Below are positions 47,885 to 57,870 of a stretch of 64,000 bases of DNA, piece by piece; within the stretch, counting starts at the first letter, position 1; every line of letters begins with the position of its first letter. A program made the translations under genes and the position numbers. Below the pieces are notes generated by a model. It was not told the origin of the DNA and ran no database searches. It worked only from the letters and a program-made list of their open reading frames with translations. The stretch comes from a virus (Duplodnaviria; Caudoviricetes). The stretch covers positions 768 to 64,767 of IMG/VR virus record IMGVR_UViG_3300029911_000026, one strand, 5' to 3'.

Positions 47885-48840
47885 TCCTGTTCGGCCTCTT
47901 CCTCCAGTTCGTCGTCCTCGGCGTCAAGATGGCCTTCGTCCTCGTCGAGGATGGACTCGTCCTGATCGTCGGCAATCGGGGTGAGGCGCTCGTTGGCATC
48001 CTCTTCCAGCGCGGCGTGAACGCCCTTGGCCTCTTCCTCGCGCTTGGCCTCTTCGTATGCGGCCTCGTTCGCCGAGAGGTACTCGGCACACATGGACTGG
48101 AGGAACTTGTCCTGGAACGAGGTCTGGCGGTCGTCGTCGCGGGTGACGTACTTGGCGACTTCCGCGCAGCGATTGAGCTGGGCAACCGTCTCAGCCTCCA
48201 GGTCGTAGACCACGCGCAGTCGAATCGACTCGGCTCCGGCGATGGTGCGACCGGCAGCAGCTTCCGACTTCGCAACCGACTTCGGGTCGTGCTTGAGCAC
48301 AATCTCCGTCTGGAAGCGAGCGATCGGGAGTTCCTTTGCGGCTCCGACCAGTTGTGGGGTGAGCTTGATGCCCTTGCCCTTGAGCTTGGCGAGGCCCGAG
48401 GCGTTGGCCGCGGTCATCTGGCCAAGATCCTCAGTCGTCACCGCCGGGTCGTCGCCGGTGGTGAGTTCCTTGACGATGCGCATCGCCTCGTAGACCTGAG
48501 TCTTGCTCTTCTCCGGGTAGCGTGCGGCGAGGTAGTCGGTGAAGCTGTTGAATCCGAGCGCCACATGGTAGCCCTTATCCTTCGCCTCTCCGAAATACTC
48601 GCCCAGCTTTACGAAGCTGGAGCCGATGGTCGCGATGGTTTTCACGATCTTGCTGTCGAGCGCTTCGGCCTTCTTCTTGAAGCCTTCCGACAGTTGGTCG
48701 GTTGGCGAGTGGCTGAGGTTTGCCGGCTTGTCGCCGGGTTTGATGATAGTCATCTTGCTCCTCCGCGCCGCGTGCTTATCGACGCGCTTCTTGGGCTGTT
48801 TGGGTTGGGCTTCTGCCTTCGTTACTGCGTTGCTTCGCAT
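47881..48840 (-). CDS. Hypothetical helical protein with acidic tail
   Basis: 319 aa, own promoter, GGAG RBS. Confidence 0.6.
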   Translation of the reverse strand: MRSNAVTKAEAQPKQPKKRVDKHAARRSKMTIIKPGDKPANLSHSPTDQLSEGFKKKAEALDSKIVKTIATIGSSFVKLGEYFGEAKDKGYHVALGFNSFTDYLAARYPEKSKTQVYEAMRIVKELTTGDDPAVTTEDLGQMTAANASGLAKLKGKGIKLTPQLVGAAKELPIARFQTEIVLKHDPKSVAKSEAAAGRTIAGAESIRLRVVYDLEAETVAQLNRCAEVAKYVTRDDDRQTSFQDKFLQSMCAEYLSANEAAYEEAKREEEAKGVHAALEEDANERLTPIADDQDESILDEDEGHLDAEDDELEEEAEQE

Positions 48841-48884
48841 GGTGGTGTCTCCTGTGTTGGGCGTGGTGCTAACAATCTACTTTC

Positions 48885-48914
48885 ATTCTAATTGTTAGTA
48901 CCGCCCGTTGTACA
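48885..48914 (-). promoter_or_regulatory. Phage promoter (TGTACA class) with TACTAACAAT in spacer
   Basis: TGTACA-N18-TAGAAT. Confidence 0.6.
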
Positions 48915-48920
48915 CAAGAA

Positions 48921-49712
48921 TCAACCGGGCGCGAGCAATTTTTCGCGCACTCCCGCAAGTTCCACCTTCGGGCTGGAAAGTCCGTGCCGCAGGTCGGTGT
49001 CGAGGCGACGCCCTTCGTTCGCGGGGAGATTGAGCCGAACCTGCTCGACCTTCTCCCATGCGGTGAATTCGGCCGCAAATTGCTTCTTCACGAAGTGGTG
49101 CTTGTCGATCTCCGCGAAGGTGCCCCAGCCGCCCATGCGCTTCACCACGTCGAGGATGCGTTGGGACATGTCCGGAATCGGGGTGATGGGCTTGCAGCCG
49201 CACTCCCGCGCCATCGTGACCGGCTTTTGACCGTGGATTGTCTCGACGACCTTCTCGCCCATGATCATGCCCTGGCCTTGGCACTCGGCGCAGTCCGGAG
49301 CCGGTGGACCGACGCGCCGGGTGAGCACCCATGAGCCATCGCGCCAGCGTGCGTGAACCTCAGCGACGGCGACGACCAGATCCCATGCCGCAATCGCCTC
49401 CAGCTTGGTCGCTTCCTCGCCGTGGAAGATGCCAGCCCGTTCCAGGATGTCCGGCGTGGTCAGCCGCGGGGGGAATCCGTTCGTGCCGCGCATCTCCAAC
49501 CTGCAGCGCTCCAGAGCGCGGGCGATCTGCTCGATGCTGAGGGGTTGGCGAGCAATGTCTGCCGTCATGACCGCAAGGCCGGCGGAGATGTCACAGCCCA
49601 TCGCATCCGCGGTGCGCATGAGCAAGTCAGTAATCGTCTTGAGATGCTGCGCGGTCGATTTCCGCGATGATTGCGTCTCGGGCTGCTGCGTTTCGGCTAA
49701 CTGGTTTGACAT
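48921..49712 (-). CDS. Putative helicase loader/inhibitor
   Basis: Follows initiator; A..AW..V and V..MGGW motifs. Confidence 0.55.
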   Translation of the reverse strand: MSNQLAETQQPETQSSRKSTAQHLKTITDLLMRTADAMGCDISAGLAVMTADIARQPLSIEQIARALERCRLEMRGTNGFPPRLTTPDILERAGIFHGEEATKLEAIAAWDLVVAVAEVHARWRDGSWVLTRRVGPPAPDCAECQGQGMIMGEKVVETIHGQKPVTMARECGCKPITPIPDMSQRILDVVKRMGGWGTFAEIDKHHFVKKQFAAEFTAWEKVEQVRLNLPANEGRRLDTDLRHGLSSPKVELAGVREKLLAPG

Positions 49713-50508
49713 CCTGGGCCTCCCTTCTCGGTCTGCTGAACTCGCTCAGGGCGCCGCTCACGTAGCGCTTGAGCCCGGGGATGAAGTTCTCTGGCGGGTC
49801 CCCTGGGACGATATTATCCGACTGGAACCGGAAGCGCACGCATTTTAGCCACTGCTCCGCGGTCCACTTCGGAGCCGAGCCCAAGAGCTTCTTGAGCCGA
49901 CCGAACGCCAGACCGTTCCATGGGCAATCCACGCCGGGGTTGGCCAGCTCGTATAGCCGGTCGATTTCCGCGACGACCTGGGTGTGGATACTTTTCTCCG
50001 CTCCCGTCTCGAAGAGGCGGGGAGAATCTTTCTCTTTCTTGGTAGTATTCTCTTTCTTCCTTATTGTTTGGGCGTCATTGTCATACCCTATTGCTTCGGT
50101 AGGCATACCCCCTGGGACTAGAGAGTCATACCCTGCCACTGGAATATCGAGGCCATCTTCCTTGTTTTCCGCGCCTTCCACACTTTCGGCAACCGGTGGA
50201 TAAGGGGTGTCGAATACTTCGTACACGTTCTCCTGCCCTTCGGATTTCCCGGAGATGCGTCGCAATAGTCTTACCTCCACCAACTTGTCCAGTTCGCGTG
50301 AAACCTGCCGACGCGAGCAGTTGATGAGTGCGGCGATCTTGCCGATGCCAATGAAGGTCGTCCGGTCGTTCACGCGGCGGTCGATGTAGAGACGCAGGAC
50401 GACATATACCGCTAGGCCATAGGTTCCGAGGGTATGAAGTAACTGCTCCACGATCACCGCATCGACCATTGCGAATCTGCGGCCTCGATTTTGAATCCCG
50501 ATATTCAT
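49627..50508 (-). CDS. Replication initiator, HTH N-terminus
   Basis: GLAVYVVL, IA..INCSRRQVSR.L.KL....LL, N.Y. Confidence 0.75.
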   Translation of the reverse strand: MNIGIQNRGRRFAMVDAVIVEQLLHTLGTYGLAVYVVLRLYIDRRVNDRTTFIGIGKIAALINCSRRQVSRELDKLVEVRLLRRISGKSEGQENVYEVFDTPYPPVAESVEGAENKEDGLDIPVAGYDSLVPGGMPTEAIGYDNDAQTIRKKENTTKKEKDSPRLFETGAEKSIHTQVVAEIDRLYELANPGVDCPWNGLAFGRLKKLLGSAPKWTAEQWLKCVRFRFQSDNIVPGDPPENFIPGLKRYVSGALSEFSRPRREAQDVKPVSRNAAARDAIIAEIDRAASQDDY

Positions 50509-50569
50509 GGTGCCTCAATGTAGCCGCGCCGGGGCTGAGGATGCCCGGCGCGGATTGTGCAAACGTGGA

Positions 50570-51112
50570 TTACTTGATGACCAGGTAGCGCTTGCCGGGA
50601 TGGTCCTCGATGGCAACCTCTGGGGGGATGGCTTCTCCAGCCGCAAGACGGCGCTGGATCTCCGACTTGTTCAATTCGTGCGTCGTGCGCACGATGCTGG
50701 GGTCGGTGATGGCGATCGTGTTCAGATCCGCGTCCGCCGCCAGCCCGACGGTGACGGTGTTCGCTCCGGTGACGCCATAGGCGCTGGTCTTGGCGGTCTT
50801 GATCTTGCCGCCGTGGACCTCGTCGATGAGCATGAGCATCCGGGAGCGCAGGTTGTCAGCGTCGCGCTGGAACATCTTCTTGCGGTCGGCCATGCGCTTG
50901 CTCTCTTCGTCGGCCATCTCAGCCTCGGCCTTGATGCGGCGCCAGACGGCGGCAGCGGCGTCGAGCTTATCGGGACTGGAGCGGAGACAGGCGTCGAGAC
51001 GGGCTTCCAGCTCAGGCGTGAGTTCGCCTTCCGTCTCCTGGAGGATGAGCATGATGTCCTGATGTTCCTGGACGATAGCGAAGATCGTCGGGCGGTTCGG
51101 TTTGTCCGTCAT
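50570..51112 (-). CDS. Gp157-family protein
   Basis: GELTPE, KLD, EESKRM..RKK, KIKT, K..I...L.AGE.I. Confidence 0.75.
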   Translation of the reverse strand: MTDKPNRPTIFAIVQEHQDIMLILQETEGELTPELEARLDACLRSSPDKLDAAAAVWRRIKAEAEMADEESKRMADRKKMFQRDADNLRSRMLMLIDEVHGGKIKTAKTSAYGVTGANTVTVGLAADADLNTIAITDPSIVRTTHELNKSEIQRRLAAGEAIPPEVAIEDHPGKRYLVIK

Positions 51113-51327
51113 AAGGCTCCCTTTTGGTTGCGGGTTGGGGTTTGGGCGCACAGGCCGAGCAGAGCTCGACCTCCATGCCGTTGATCATGGTCCACTGGCC
51201 CTTGCAGCAGGGTTTCATGAAGGCTTTCTCTTGCCGCACCAGAAACATTCATTGGCCGGTCTGGTCGGGCCGTCGTCGTAAACATGGCCTCCATGGCGTA
51301 TCGAGCACCACAATTCTCTTAGCCAGG

Positions 51328-52779
51328 TCATTCTGCGGCCTCCAGCTCTTCGGTAAGCGTCTGCGAGCCTGGGAGGATGTTCTCCGGGTCGATCGTGAGC
51401 GGCACTTCGGAGATGATCTTTCCCTTCATGTAGTGCTTCGTACCGACGCAGGTCACGTCCTCGATGCTCACGTAGTTATCCTTGGCCGGCTTGAGTACCA
51501 TGTTGCACGTCTGGCCCTTCGCCTCTGATAGGGCCGGGAACAGCGACTTGTGCCAGCATGTAGCGGTGTTGGTTCCAAAGGCAACGCCGTTCATTGTGAC
51601 CTTGAAGAACTCGCGGCCGCCAGCGGCTTCGTGGCGGGTCGCATCGAGCACAACGCATTGCACGTCGCCGTTATCGAAGAAGAACTCCCCAGCTTCGCCC
51701 TGGTTCTCATCCTCAGCCGCGGCGAATCCAGCACCAGCATCGGCCAGCAGTTCAAGCTCGCGGTTGATGGATGGCCAGTCGCTACGATGCTTCTGGATGA
51801 GCAAGGCGCGGGCTCCAGCGTCCATGCGCAGAGCGTCCATCGACTGCCGAGCGATCTTCTCATCGTTCGAGACGCGCGTGCGGTCGAGCCAGCTTGTCAG
51901 CTCGAATAGGCGTGAGCGCGGGACCAAGCGGGAGGACTCGTAGCCCAAGCCCTTGACGTGTTCGGCGAACACTTCGCGGGTAATGCTGTTGGCCTTCATC
52001 ATGCCGGCCAGGTTTAGGATGTCCGCTTCGGTGAGAAGTTCGACGGGGGGAACGATGCCGGAACTTAGCCACTTCCAGATCTTCCGCGCCGTCTCCGGGT
52101 CCAGCAGATCAACCGGTGGCCCTCCGGCGAACAGCTCAGTCCGGTCCTTACTCACAAAGGCGCGGTGCTCGCTGTCCAGGTCGAACACCAGCGAAAACTC
52201 GTAGTCGACGCCCTCGCGCTGGATAGGGGCAAGGCCGACCTTGCGGGGAACCTTCTTACCGTCCCGCTCCTCCAGCACGTATTCCATCTTCGAGCGCATC
52301 GTGCAGATCGTGTGGACGTCGAGCGCTTTGATGAACTCGATGAACTCGGTGTGCTCTGGCGAGAGCTTCGACCAATTGGCGAAGCCGTTACCTCCAGCCG
52401 CGTCGAGAGCGTCCTTGCGCGAGCGTATGCCCCCTGCGCCTTCCCATTGGTGGGAGATGGAGTCCACTACCAGCACGTCATAGCCCTGGGTCACAGCAAT
52501 CTGCATGGCGCGCTTGTAGCGGTCGCTCGTATAGGGCGAGGTCAGATGGATGTGATCGAAGGGGTAGATGTCGGCGTAGAGCTCCATGGTGCGGTTCTCG
52601 GTATCGACTCCGAGGACCTTCCAATCTCCGGGCTTGCCGCGGTCAACGGCCATCTGCTGTGCGATTGCGACGGCCAGCGCGAGAGCGCCTTTGGTCTTGC
52701 CTGAGCCGCTTGCACCATCTACGGCCATCTTGAGCTTTACGCGGGACTTGACCGCGCGGCGGGGGGTGAACTCGTCCAT
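51328..52779 (-). CDS. AAA_24 ATPase (Sak4-like recombination protein)
   Basis: GASGSGKT, DTEN, VVDSISHQWEG.GG, ICTMRSK, QREG..YEF. Confidence 0.85.
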   Translation of the reverse strand: MDEFTPRRAVKSRVKLKMAVDGASGSGKTKGALALAVAIAQQMAVDRGKPGDWKVLGVDTENRTMELYADIYPFDHIHLTSPYTSDRYKRAMQIAVTQGYDVLVVDSISHQWEGAGGIRSRKDALDAAGGNGFANWSKLSPEHTEFIEFIKALDVHTICTMRSKMEYVLEERDGKKVPRKVGLAPIQREGVDYEFSLVFDLDSEHRAFVSKDRTELFAGGPPVDLLDPETARKIWKWLSSGIVPPVELLTEADILNLAGMMKANSITREVFAEHVKGLGYESSRLVPRSRLFELTSWLDRTRVSNDEKIARQSMDALRMDAGARALLIQKHRSDWPSINRELELLADAGAGFAAAEDENQGEAGEFFFDNGDVQCVVLDATRHEAAGGREFFKVTMNGVAFGTNTATCWHKSLFPALSEAKGQTCNMVLKPAKDNYVSIEDVTCVGTKHYMKGKIISEVPLTIDPENILPGSQTLTEELEAAE

Positions 52780-52867
52780 CTTCGTCTCCATTCCGGAATC
52801 CGGAAAACACGGGGCCGAAAAGGGCACCCTCTCGGGTGCCCTCGCGGTGCTCATCTGCCAGAGCTGG

Positions 52868-53080
52868 CTAGGCGGCTTTCGCCTTCTCTTGCGATCGGAT
52901 GTGACTGAGCACGACATCCATGATGAAGCTAGACATCGAGCGTCGGTCTGCGGTAGCCGCTGCCACTATAGCCTCCCGCTCCTGTGGTGTGGAGGGATAA
53001 ACCATAATGGGACCGGTTTTCAACTTTCCACCGCGAGGCAGTTTCTCCGTCTCGGTAGCTTCCTGTGTCGCAGTGCTCAT
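52868..53080 (-). CDS. Ribbon-helix-helix regulator
   Basis: ERE.I..AA..D.RSMSSFI; leaderless promoter TTGACA-N17-TAATGT at 53088-53116; hairpin at 52820-52842. Confidence 0.65.
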   Translation of the reverse strand: MSTATQEATETEKLPRGGKLKTGPIMVYPSTPQEREAIVAAATADRRSMSSFIMDVVLSHIRSQEKAKAA

Positions 53081-53168
53081 AAGCACTACATTAGCGGGTT
53101 CACTGCGTTGTGTCAACACCGGGGCTGTGGACGGTTTGGGACTTGACGTGGAAAACTCGGTCACAGCG

Positions 53169-53909
53169 TTAGGCTGCGGCCGATATGGCTTCTGGGGAGA
53201 CATTGCTCTCCTCCTCTTCTGACCCTTCGGTCGGGAACTCGTGAACCTCGGCCTTGGCGAGATTCTCTTCGGCCTTCTGCTGGTTCTTGAGCAGGTCGTC
53301 AACGGCCTTGACCGAAGTCAGCCACTTGCCCTTCTCGGAGTCTGACCGCATCGGCATCATCACACCGAGCGCGCCGTTGGGATGGGTCTTGACCAGGTAG
53401 GCTCCATCCTTTGCACCTGGCCAGATGGCGACGAAGTTGCTGCGATCTGCGCCGCTGCCGCTGGGCCGACCGAGCGCGTCAACGATGCGCTGGAGCAACG
53501 TGATGTCGAAGGTGATGATCGGGTCGCCCGTGACCTTCGGCATGACCGCCTCGAAGTTGGGGAAGTTGCCCTTCTCCGGCCGGCGGAACGTGACCGTCTT
53601 TCCGTCGAAGTGATTGGCGACGATGATCTTGTCGTCGATCGCTTGGATGCTGACGTACTTGCCGGGGTTGGAGTCGTAGATGGGAACCGTTTTGAGCGCC
53701 TTGCGGTACTCCTGCAGCGCCTCCGCGGTTATCCATCCGCTCGTCTCTCCGGTGTCCGGGATGACGTGGGTGATGACGAGCGCGTTTCCGTTGGTTGCGG
53801 CCAGGTGACCCTTGTCCGCGTCGAAGTAGACGTGATTGATGGTGTACCGGCTCTGTTCTTTCGAGCAGACCTTCTCGATCAGGCCGCTCCCGAGATTCGT
53901 AAAGTGCAT
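53169..53909 (-). CDS. Beta sliding-clamp-like protein
   Basis: SRYTIN.V, ATNG..L, G.FPNFE.VMP, GVMMPMR. Confidence 0.7.
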   Translation of the reverse strand: MHFTNLGSGLIEKVCSKEQSRYTINHVYFDADKGHLAATNGNALVITHVIPDTGETSGWITAEALQEYRKALKTVPIYDSNPGKYVSIQAIDDKIIVANHFDGKTVTFRRPEKGNFPNFEAVMPKVTGDPIITFDITLLQRIVDALGRPSGSGADRSNFVAIWPGAKDGAYLVKTHPNGALGVMMPMRSDSEKGKWLTSVKAVDDLLKNQQKAEENLAKAEVHEFPTEGSEEEESNVSPEAISAAA

Positions 53910-54007
53910 GGCGTGTCTCCTGTGTTGCTTTGGGCGTTGGGTTGTGGCAGCATAAAGGCTGCTCGTTTGTCCACCGCTGGGCTTCTGCGAGAGGCCCAGC
54001 GGACTCC

Positions 54008-54574
54008 TCAGAACGGGTAGTCGGTAGTCTCCCCTCCAATCTCCTGATCGTGTTCCGCTTGCTCTGTGGATGGGTCCGGCGGTTCAAGCTGTAGGCTCGC
54101 GGGAGCCCCAAGCTCGTTCGTGGCGTCCATGACGATTGAGGCGCCCGCTCCAAGTAGGCTGGGGCAATCCCATTCGATGACGTCCTCCTCGCGTTCGGGT
54201 TGTGCCTCTACGAACTTGGCTGGCTGGGCTGGGATGACGCGCTTCCCGACAACCTTCGGCATACAGACCGTCGCGCGGATGGCGACAAACTTCAACTCGA
54301 CGCCATCGCCAAAATCCTTCACCAGTCGGAAGTAGCTTTCATCGACTTGCTTCTCGCAAGCTCCGAGCCGGAGCCGAGCCAGCGCCATGAACGCCAGCGA
54401 GTCGATGGAATGGTTGACGCCAGACTGGTCTGGCAACGAGCCTCCATAAACGCTGATGCTGATGGCGTCCGGCATCGGCAGATCGGTTGTGGCCATGAGG
54501 TCGGCCAACTGGTGTAGCTTGGCGCATATCGCTGCGCGCCGCTCAGGGGTAGGGTTCATCGTGAATCTCCTCAT
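54008..54574 (-). CDS. Hypothetical protein
   Basis: R..VC...VVG......EWDCPSLL. Confidence 0.55.
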   Translation of the reverse strand: MRRFTMNPTPERRAAICAKLHQLADLMATTDLPMPDAISISVYGGSLPDQSGVNHSIDSLAFMALARLRLGACEKQVDESYFRLVKDFGDGVELKFVAIRATVCMPKVVGKRVIPAQPAKFVEAQPEREEDVIEWDCPSLLGAGASIVMDATNELGAPASLQLEPPDPSTEQAEHDQEIGGETTDYPF

Positions 54575-55004
54575 CGTGGATTTGGTTTTCCGGAATCCGG
54601 AAAGGGTTAGAGGTTGAACGAAGCTGCGGTTAGAACGACGGTCACAGCGTAATAGGCGATCAGCAAGGTGATGCCGGTCAGCATGGCGTAGTCATTGATC
54701 TTCTCGTTTAGGGTCTGCATGGCGTTTCTCCTCTTCTATCAGAATGATGGTGCGAAAACGTCGAACTCGGTTGCGGGCCGCGCGGCATCTTGCTCTGCGG
54801 CCAGTTGGCGGAAGTGAAGCTCGCGCTCGTGGCAGATGGGCTTGCCGGTGCGCCTGTAGAGGTTGCCCCAGCGGAACGCCAGGTGGTGAGGGCCATACTT
54901 ATCGGCCCGGGCCTTCTTCGTGCTGACGAAAACTCCATCGTCAACCTCGACGGTGCGGCCACCGGCGGAGCGGGGATATCCTCTCGGACGCTGCCAGATG
55001 CCTT

Positions 55005-55853
55005 TCATGCAACCTTCTTTCTGGACACGGCCTCGACGGATGCGGTGAGCGCGGCGAGCATGTCCTGTTTCTCTGGGGCCGCGCGGCGGATGGGAATGAC
55101 TGGAGCCTTGCCGTCGATCTTGGCGGCGACCAGGGCTTTGACGTTCACGACGTAGCCATCGGAGAAGTCCTCCGGGTTGAACGTGCCGGCCATGCCCTGC
55201 ACCAACTGAGTGCCGAGCTTGACCTCTGCGGTCGAGAGGGTGAGCTGGTCAATCGGGAACGGAGCCGACTTGAGTTCCGACTGGTAGAACAGCGAGTGCA
55301 GCGCGATGCCCTGCTCAAAGGGACGGATGAGGATGATCTGCTCACTGGACCCGAACGCTGCGCGCCCGATACCGACCTTGCCGGTCTTGCGAAGGATGTC
55401 GCGGATGAGCATGTAGGGCTTGGAACCGCCGTCGCCTGGGGCAACGTAGTGGCTAGTCTCGAAGTAGATAGGGTCAACGTCCGAGGCGTCGACGAAGCGG
55501 TCGATCTCGATGATGGTCGAGCTTTCCGGCTTCTGGGCTTCCAACTCTTCGGCGGAGATGACAACAAACTGGCCCTTGCGGTACTCGTAGCCCTTCACAA
55601 TCTCGTCGCTGGCCACGTCCTCATTGCATTGTGGGCAGGTCATGGACTGCTGTTTCAGGGTGCCGAGGCACTTCGCATGAAGCTGGCGGAAGCGGATGCG
55701 GTCGGCGCGCGCGCCGGTGTGGAGCTTGATAGGGAAGGTGAGAAGCCCGATCTGGAGCGTCAGATTCGTTCCAGATGAGCGCTTAGGCTCGCTGATAGGC
55801 GAGACGTTGGACGGGGCGGGGAGTGCGGTAGGCTTAGCGGCTGATCTTGCCAT
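55005..55853 (-). CDS. ku: Ku protein (NHEJ DNA end binding)
   Basis: GLL.FPIKL, FRQLH, EIVKGYEY.KG.FVV, FV...DVDPIYFE.S.YV.P, D..AAL.ASV. Confidence 0.92.
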   Translation of the reverse strand: MARSAAKPTALPAPSNVSPISEPKRSSGTNLTLQIGLLTFPIKLHTGARADRIRFRQLHAKCLGTLKQQSMTCPQCNEDVASDEIVKGYEYRKGQFVVISAEELEAQKPESSTIIEIDRFVDASDVDPIYFETSHYVAPGDGGSKPYMLIRDILRKTGKVGIGRAAFGSSEQIILIRPFEQGIALHSLFYQSELKSAPFPIDQLTLSTAEVKLGTQLVQGMAGTFNPEDFSDGYVVNVKALVAAKIDGKAPVIPIRRAAPEKQDMLAALTASVEAVSRKKVA

Positions 55854-56013
55854 AAGGCTCCTGTAACTGCTCGAATGGTTCGGTGTAGCGCTGGTCGCGT
55901 TCCGCAATTCGGAAAGCAACCGCGCCCACGGTGGTTTGGAACCGGAAGGCCAGATATTCGAGCATGAGCTCGGTATGGTCGGTCGCGGTGATGGGCATAA
56001 TGTCCATGAACTA

Positions 56014-56042
56014 ATACTAACATTGTACTAGTGTACTGTCCA
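56014..56042 (-). promoter_or_regulatory. Phage promoter
   Basis: TGGACA-N17-TAGTAT, extended TG. Confidence 0.7.
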
Positions 56043-56062
56043 CAAAATTCAGCATGGCGAGC

Positions 56063-56093
56063 AAAGAAAATGGGCCGGTTTCCCGGCCCAAAA
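56063..56093. terminator. Intrinsic terminator
   Basis: TGGGCCGG-GAAA-CCGGCCCA-TTTTCTTT on minus strand. Confidence 0.7.
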
Positions 56094-56174
56094 GTTCCTT
56101 CAATCGCTACAAACTGAGGTAGACGGACTTCCGGCGCCGGGCGAGCCGCTAATCGTTTTCCGGATTCCGGAAAG

Positions 56175-57227
56175 TTAGACGGTCGCCAGCTCCAGTCCGG
56201 CGATCTCCGCCGCCGCGATGATGGCGCGCTGCTTCAAGCGCTCTCCCTCACCGAACCATGCGGCTGTCATGCGGCTTTCCTGGGTCCGCCCGCGCTGGTG
56301 GTCAGCGTAGTACGTCACTCCATTGACAGCTCCCCAGAGGGTGCCCTTGGCCGATGAAAGCTCGGAGCCCGGTGAGTTGATGGTGGCCTGTTGGATGGTG
56401 CGCGCGACGTAGGTCAGATCGGCCTTCTTTGGGTCGATGACCTTTGCCTCGTCTCCGCCCATGAGACGGTTCATGAAGTCCATCCAGCCGGACTCGTCGA
56501 TTGTGACCTTGGCCAACTGCTCGGCCAGATCGTTCGTGGCGATGACCTGCTGGCCGGCCATGCCCATGATGCTCTTGGCCTCGTCGCGACGTGCCGGTGT
56601 CCACTCTCCGCCGTGGGAGAACTTGAACCCGTGCTGGAGTGACGTCTTACTGCGGTTGCCCCAGAGCGCCGCGCTGAGGGTGTTCCAGCAGACGACCCGG
56701 ACCTGAGTGGCCCGGCCCATCGTACTCAGCTTGCCGTCGTGAGACGTGGTGAGCAAGAGGTAGCCGCGGAGCTCGTCAGTTCCCTGGAGCGTCTTGGTCG
56801 TCCCGCCATTCAACCGGGCAAGAGCCCAGACGATGGCACCGCCATTGAGTCCGCCGACCGTCTCCATGGTGGCGTGACCAGCCTCGCAGTACTCATTGAA
56901 GAAGTTGACGACTTCCTCGTTCTGCACCGGATGGTAGAACGGTGAGGCGATCTGGAACACCTTGCCGGTGTCGCTGCGGGTGATGGCCGAGAAGTTCTTG
57001 CCGGCCGCGGGGTCGAACGCACTGTGGGGATTCTCCATCGCGGAGATCTCGTCCTGCGTGTAGGGAGCGGTTGCAATCGCCACAGGGCGCTTCTCAACCG
57101 TCCAGTCCAGTCCGGCCAGCTTCAACATCTCCGGACCCTTCGTACCGGGAGCAACTTCCACTCCCAGACCATGCCAGGGCCGCTCACCCTGATAAGCGAT
57201 CATGTTCTCTTCGATCATGTGTGCCAT
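56175..57227 (-). CDS. DUF932 protein
   Basis: MAH, PWHGLG, AGLDW.V, YLLL.TSHDG, VRVVC.NTL, GTLWG..N.VT.Y.DH. Confidence 0.9.
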   Translation of the reverse strand: MAHMIEENMIAYQGERPWHGLGVEVAPGTKGPEMLKLAGLDWTVEKRPVAIATAPYTQDEISAMENPHSAFDPAAGKNFSAITRSDTGKVFQIASPFYHPVQNEEVVNFFNEYCEAGHATMETVGGLNGGAIVWALARLNGGTTKTLQGTDELRGYLLLTTSHDGKLSTMGRATQVRVVCWNTLSAALWGNRSKTSLQHGFKFSHGGEWTPARRDEAKSIMGMAGQQVIATNDLAEQLAKVTIDESGWMDFMNRLMGGDEAKVIDPKKADLTYVARTIQQATINSPGSELSSAKGTLWGAVNGVTYYADHQRGRTQESRMTAAWFGEGERLKQRAIIAAAEIAGLELATV

Positions 57228-57870
57228 TTGCTCGTCTCTCCTGTGGCGCTGCGAGCGCCGTTGGCCCAGGGACCGCTGGGGCGGTGTGAGTTTCTATAGA
57301 GTCAATACTAACATTGTGACTGCGTGGCGTACAGGAGTTTTCGAGCTTTATTTGCTCGACCGTGACGCCGTTAGCGAGCCTGGCTTGGCAGCTATGCCGA
57401 ACCTTCTTCGCCTCGCGGTCGCACCATTCGTTGACGAAAGAGCGCGGCTGGTCGATGCCTGTATGGGCGCGGATGTGCTTCAACCAGACCTTGAGGCCGG
57501 CGGCGTTGGCGGCATCCATGGCCAGCTTCGCGAATTCTCGGCTGGTGCGACTCCCATGGTTCTCGCAGATGGGATGGTCGGTAGTTTTAGCCGGTCTAGC
57601 GCCGAGGGTCATTAGGACGCCGAGCGCGCGTAGGCTGTCGGACTGTGCGACGATGGCGCCGCCTGGTTGCGTCTCGAAGCCATTGATCGCGGCGAGTATG
57701 GCGCAACAGAGGCCCACCGTCTCCGCTTCGTGATTGTTCGGGCATGGCCATTCGCCAGAGGCGCAGATGCGCTTGGAGCCATCACCGCGGACCCAATAGG
57801 CAAAGCCTCCAGCTTGCTTGCCGCGCCTGTCCCATGAGGCGTCTGCGAAAACAGTCAGGAGCCGGTTCAT
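57184..57870 (-). CDS. RNase HI-like protein (C-terminal tail overlaps next promoter)
   Basis: FADAS, NNHEAE, QSDS, HIRAH, N..CD..AK. Confidence 0.75.
   Translation of the reverse strand: MNRLLTVFADASWDRRGKQAGGFAYWVRGDGSKRICASGEWPCPNNHEAETVGLCCAILAAINGFETQPGGAIVAQSDSLRALGVLMTLGARPAKTTDHPICENHGSRTSREFAKLAMDAANAAGLKVWLKHIRAHTGIDQPRSFVNEWCDREAKKVRHSCQARLANGVTVEQIKLENSCTPRSHNVSIDSIETHTAPAVPGPTALAAPQERRANGTHDRREHDRLSG
57305..57333 (-). promoter_or_regulatory. Phage promoter
   Basis: TGTACG-N17-TAGTAT. Confidence 0.7.

Noticed and set aside
55900-55914. Degenerate palindrome TTCCGCAATTCGGAA
   Set aside because: Two mismatches to the consensus; not counted as a copy
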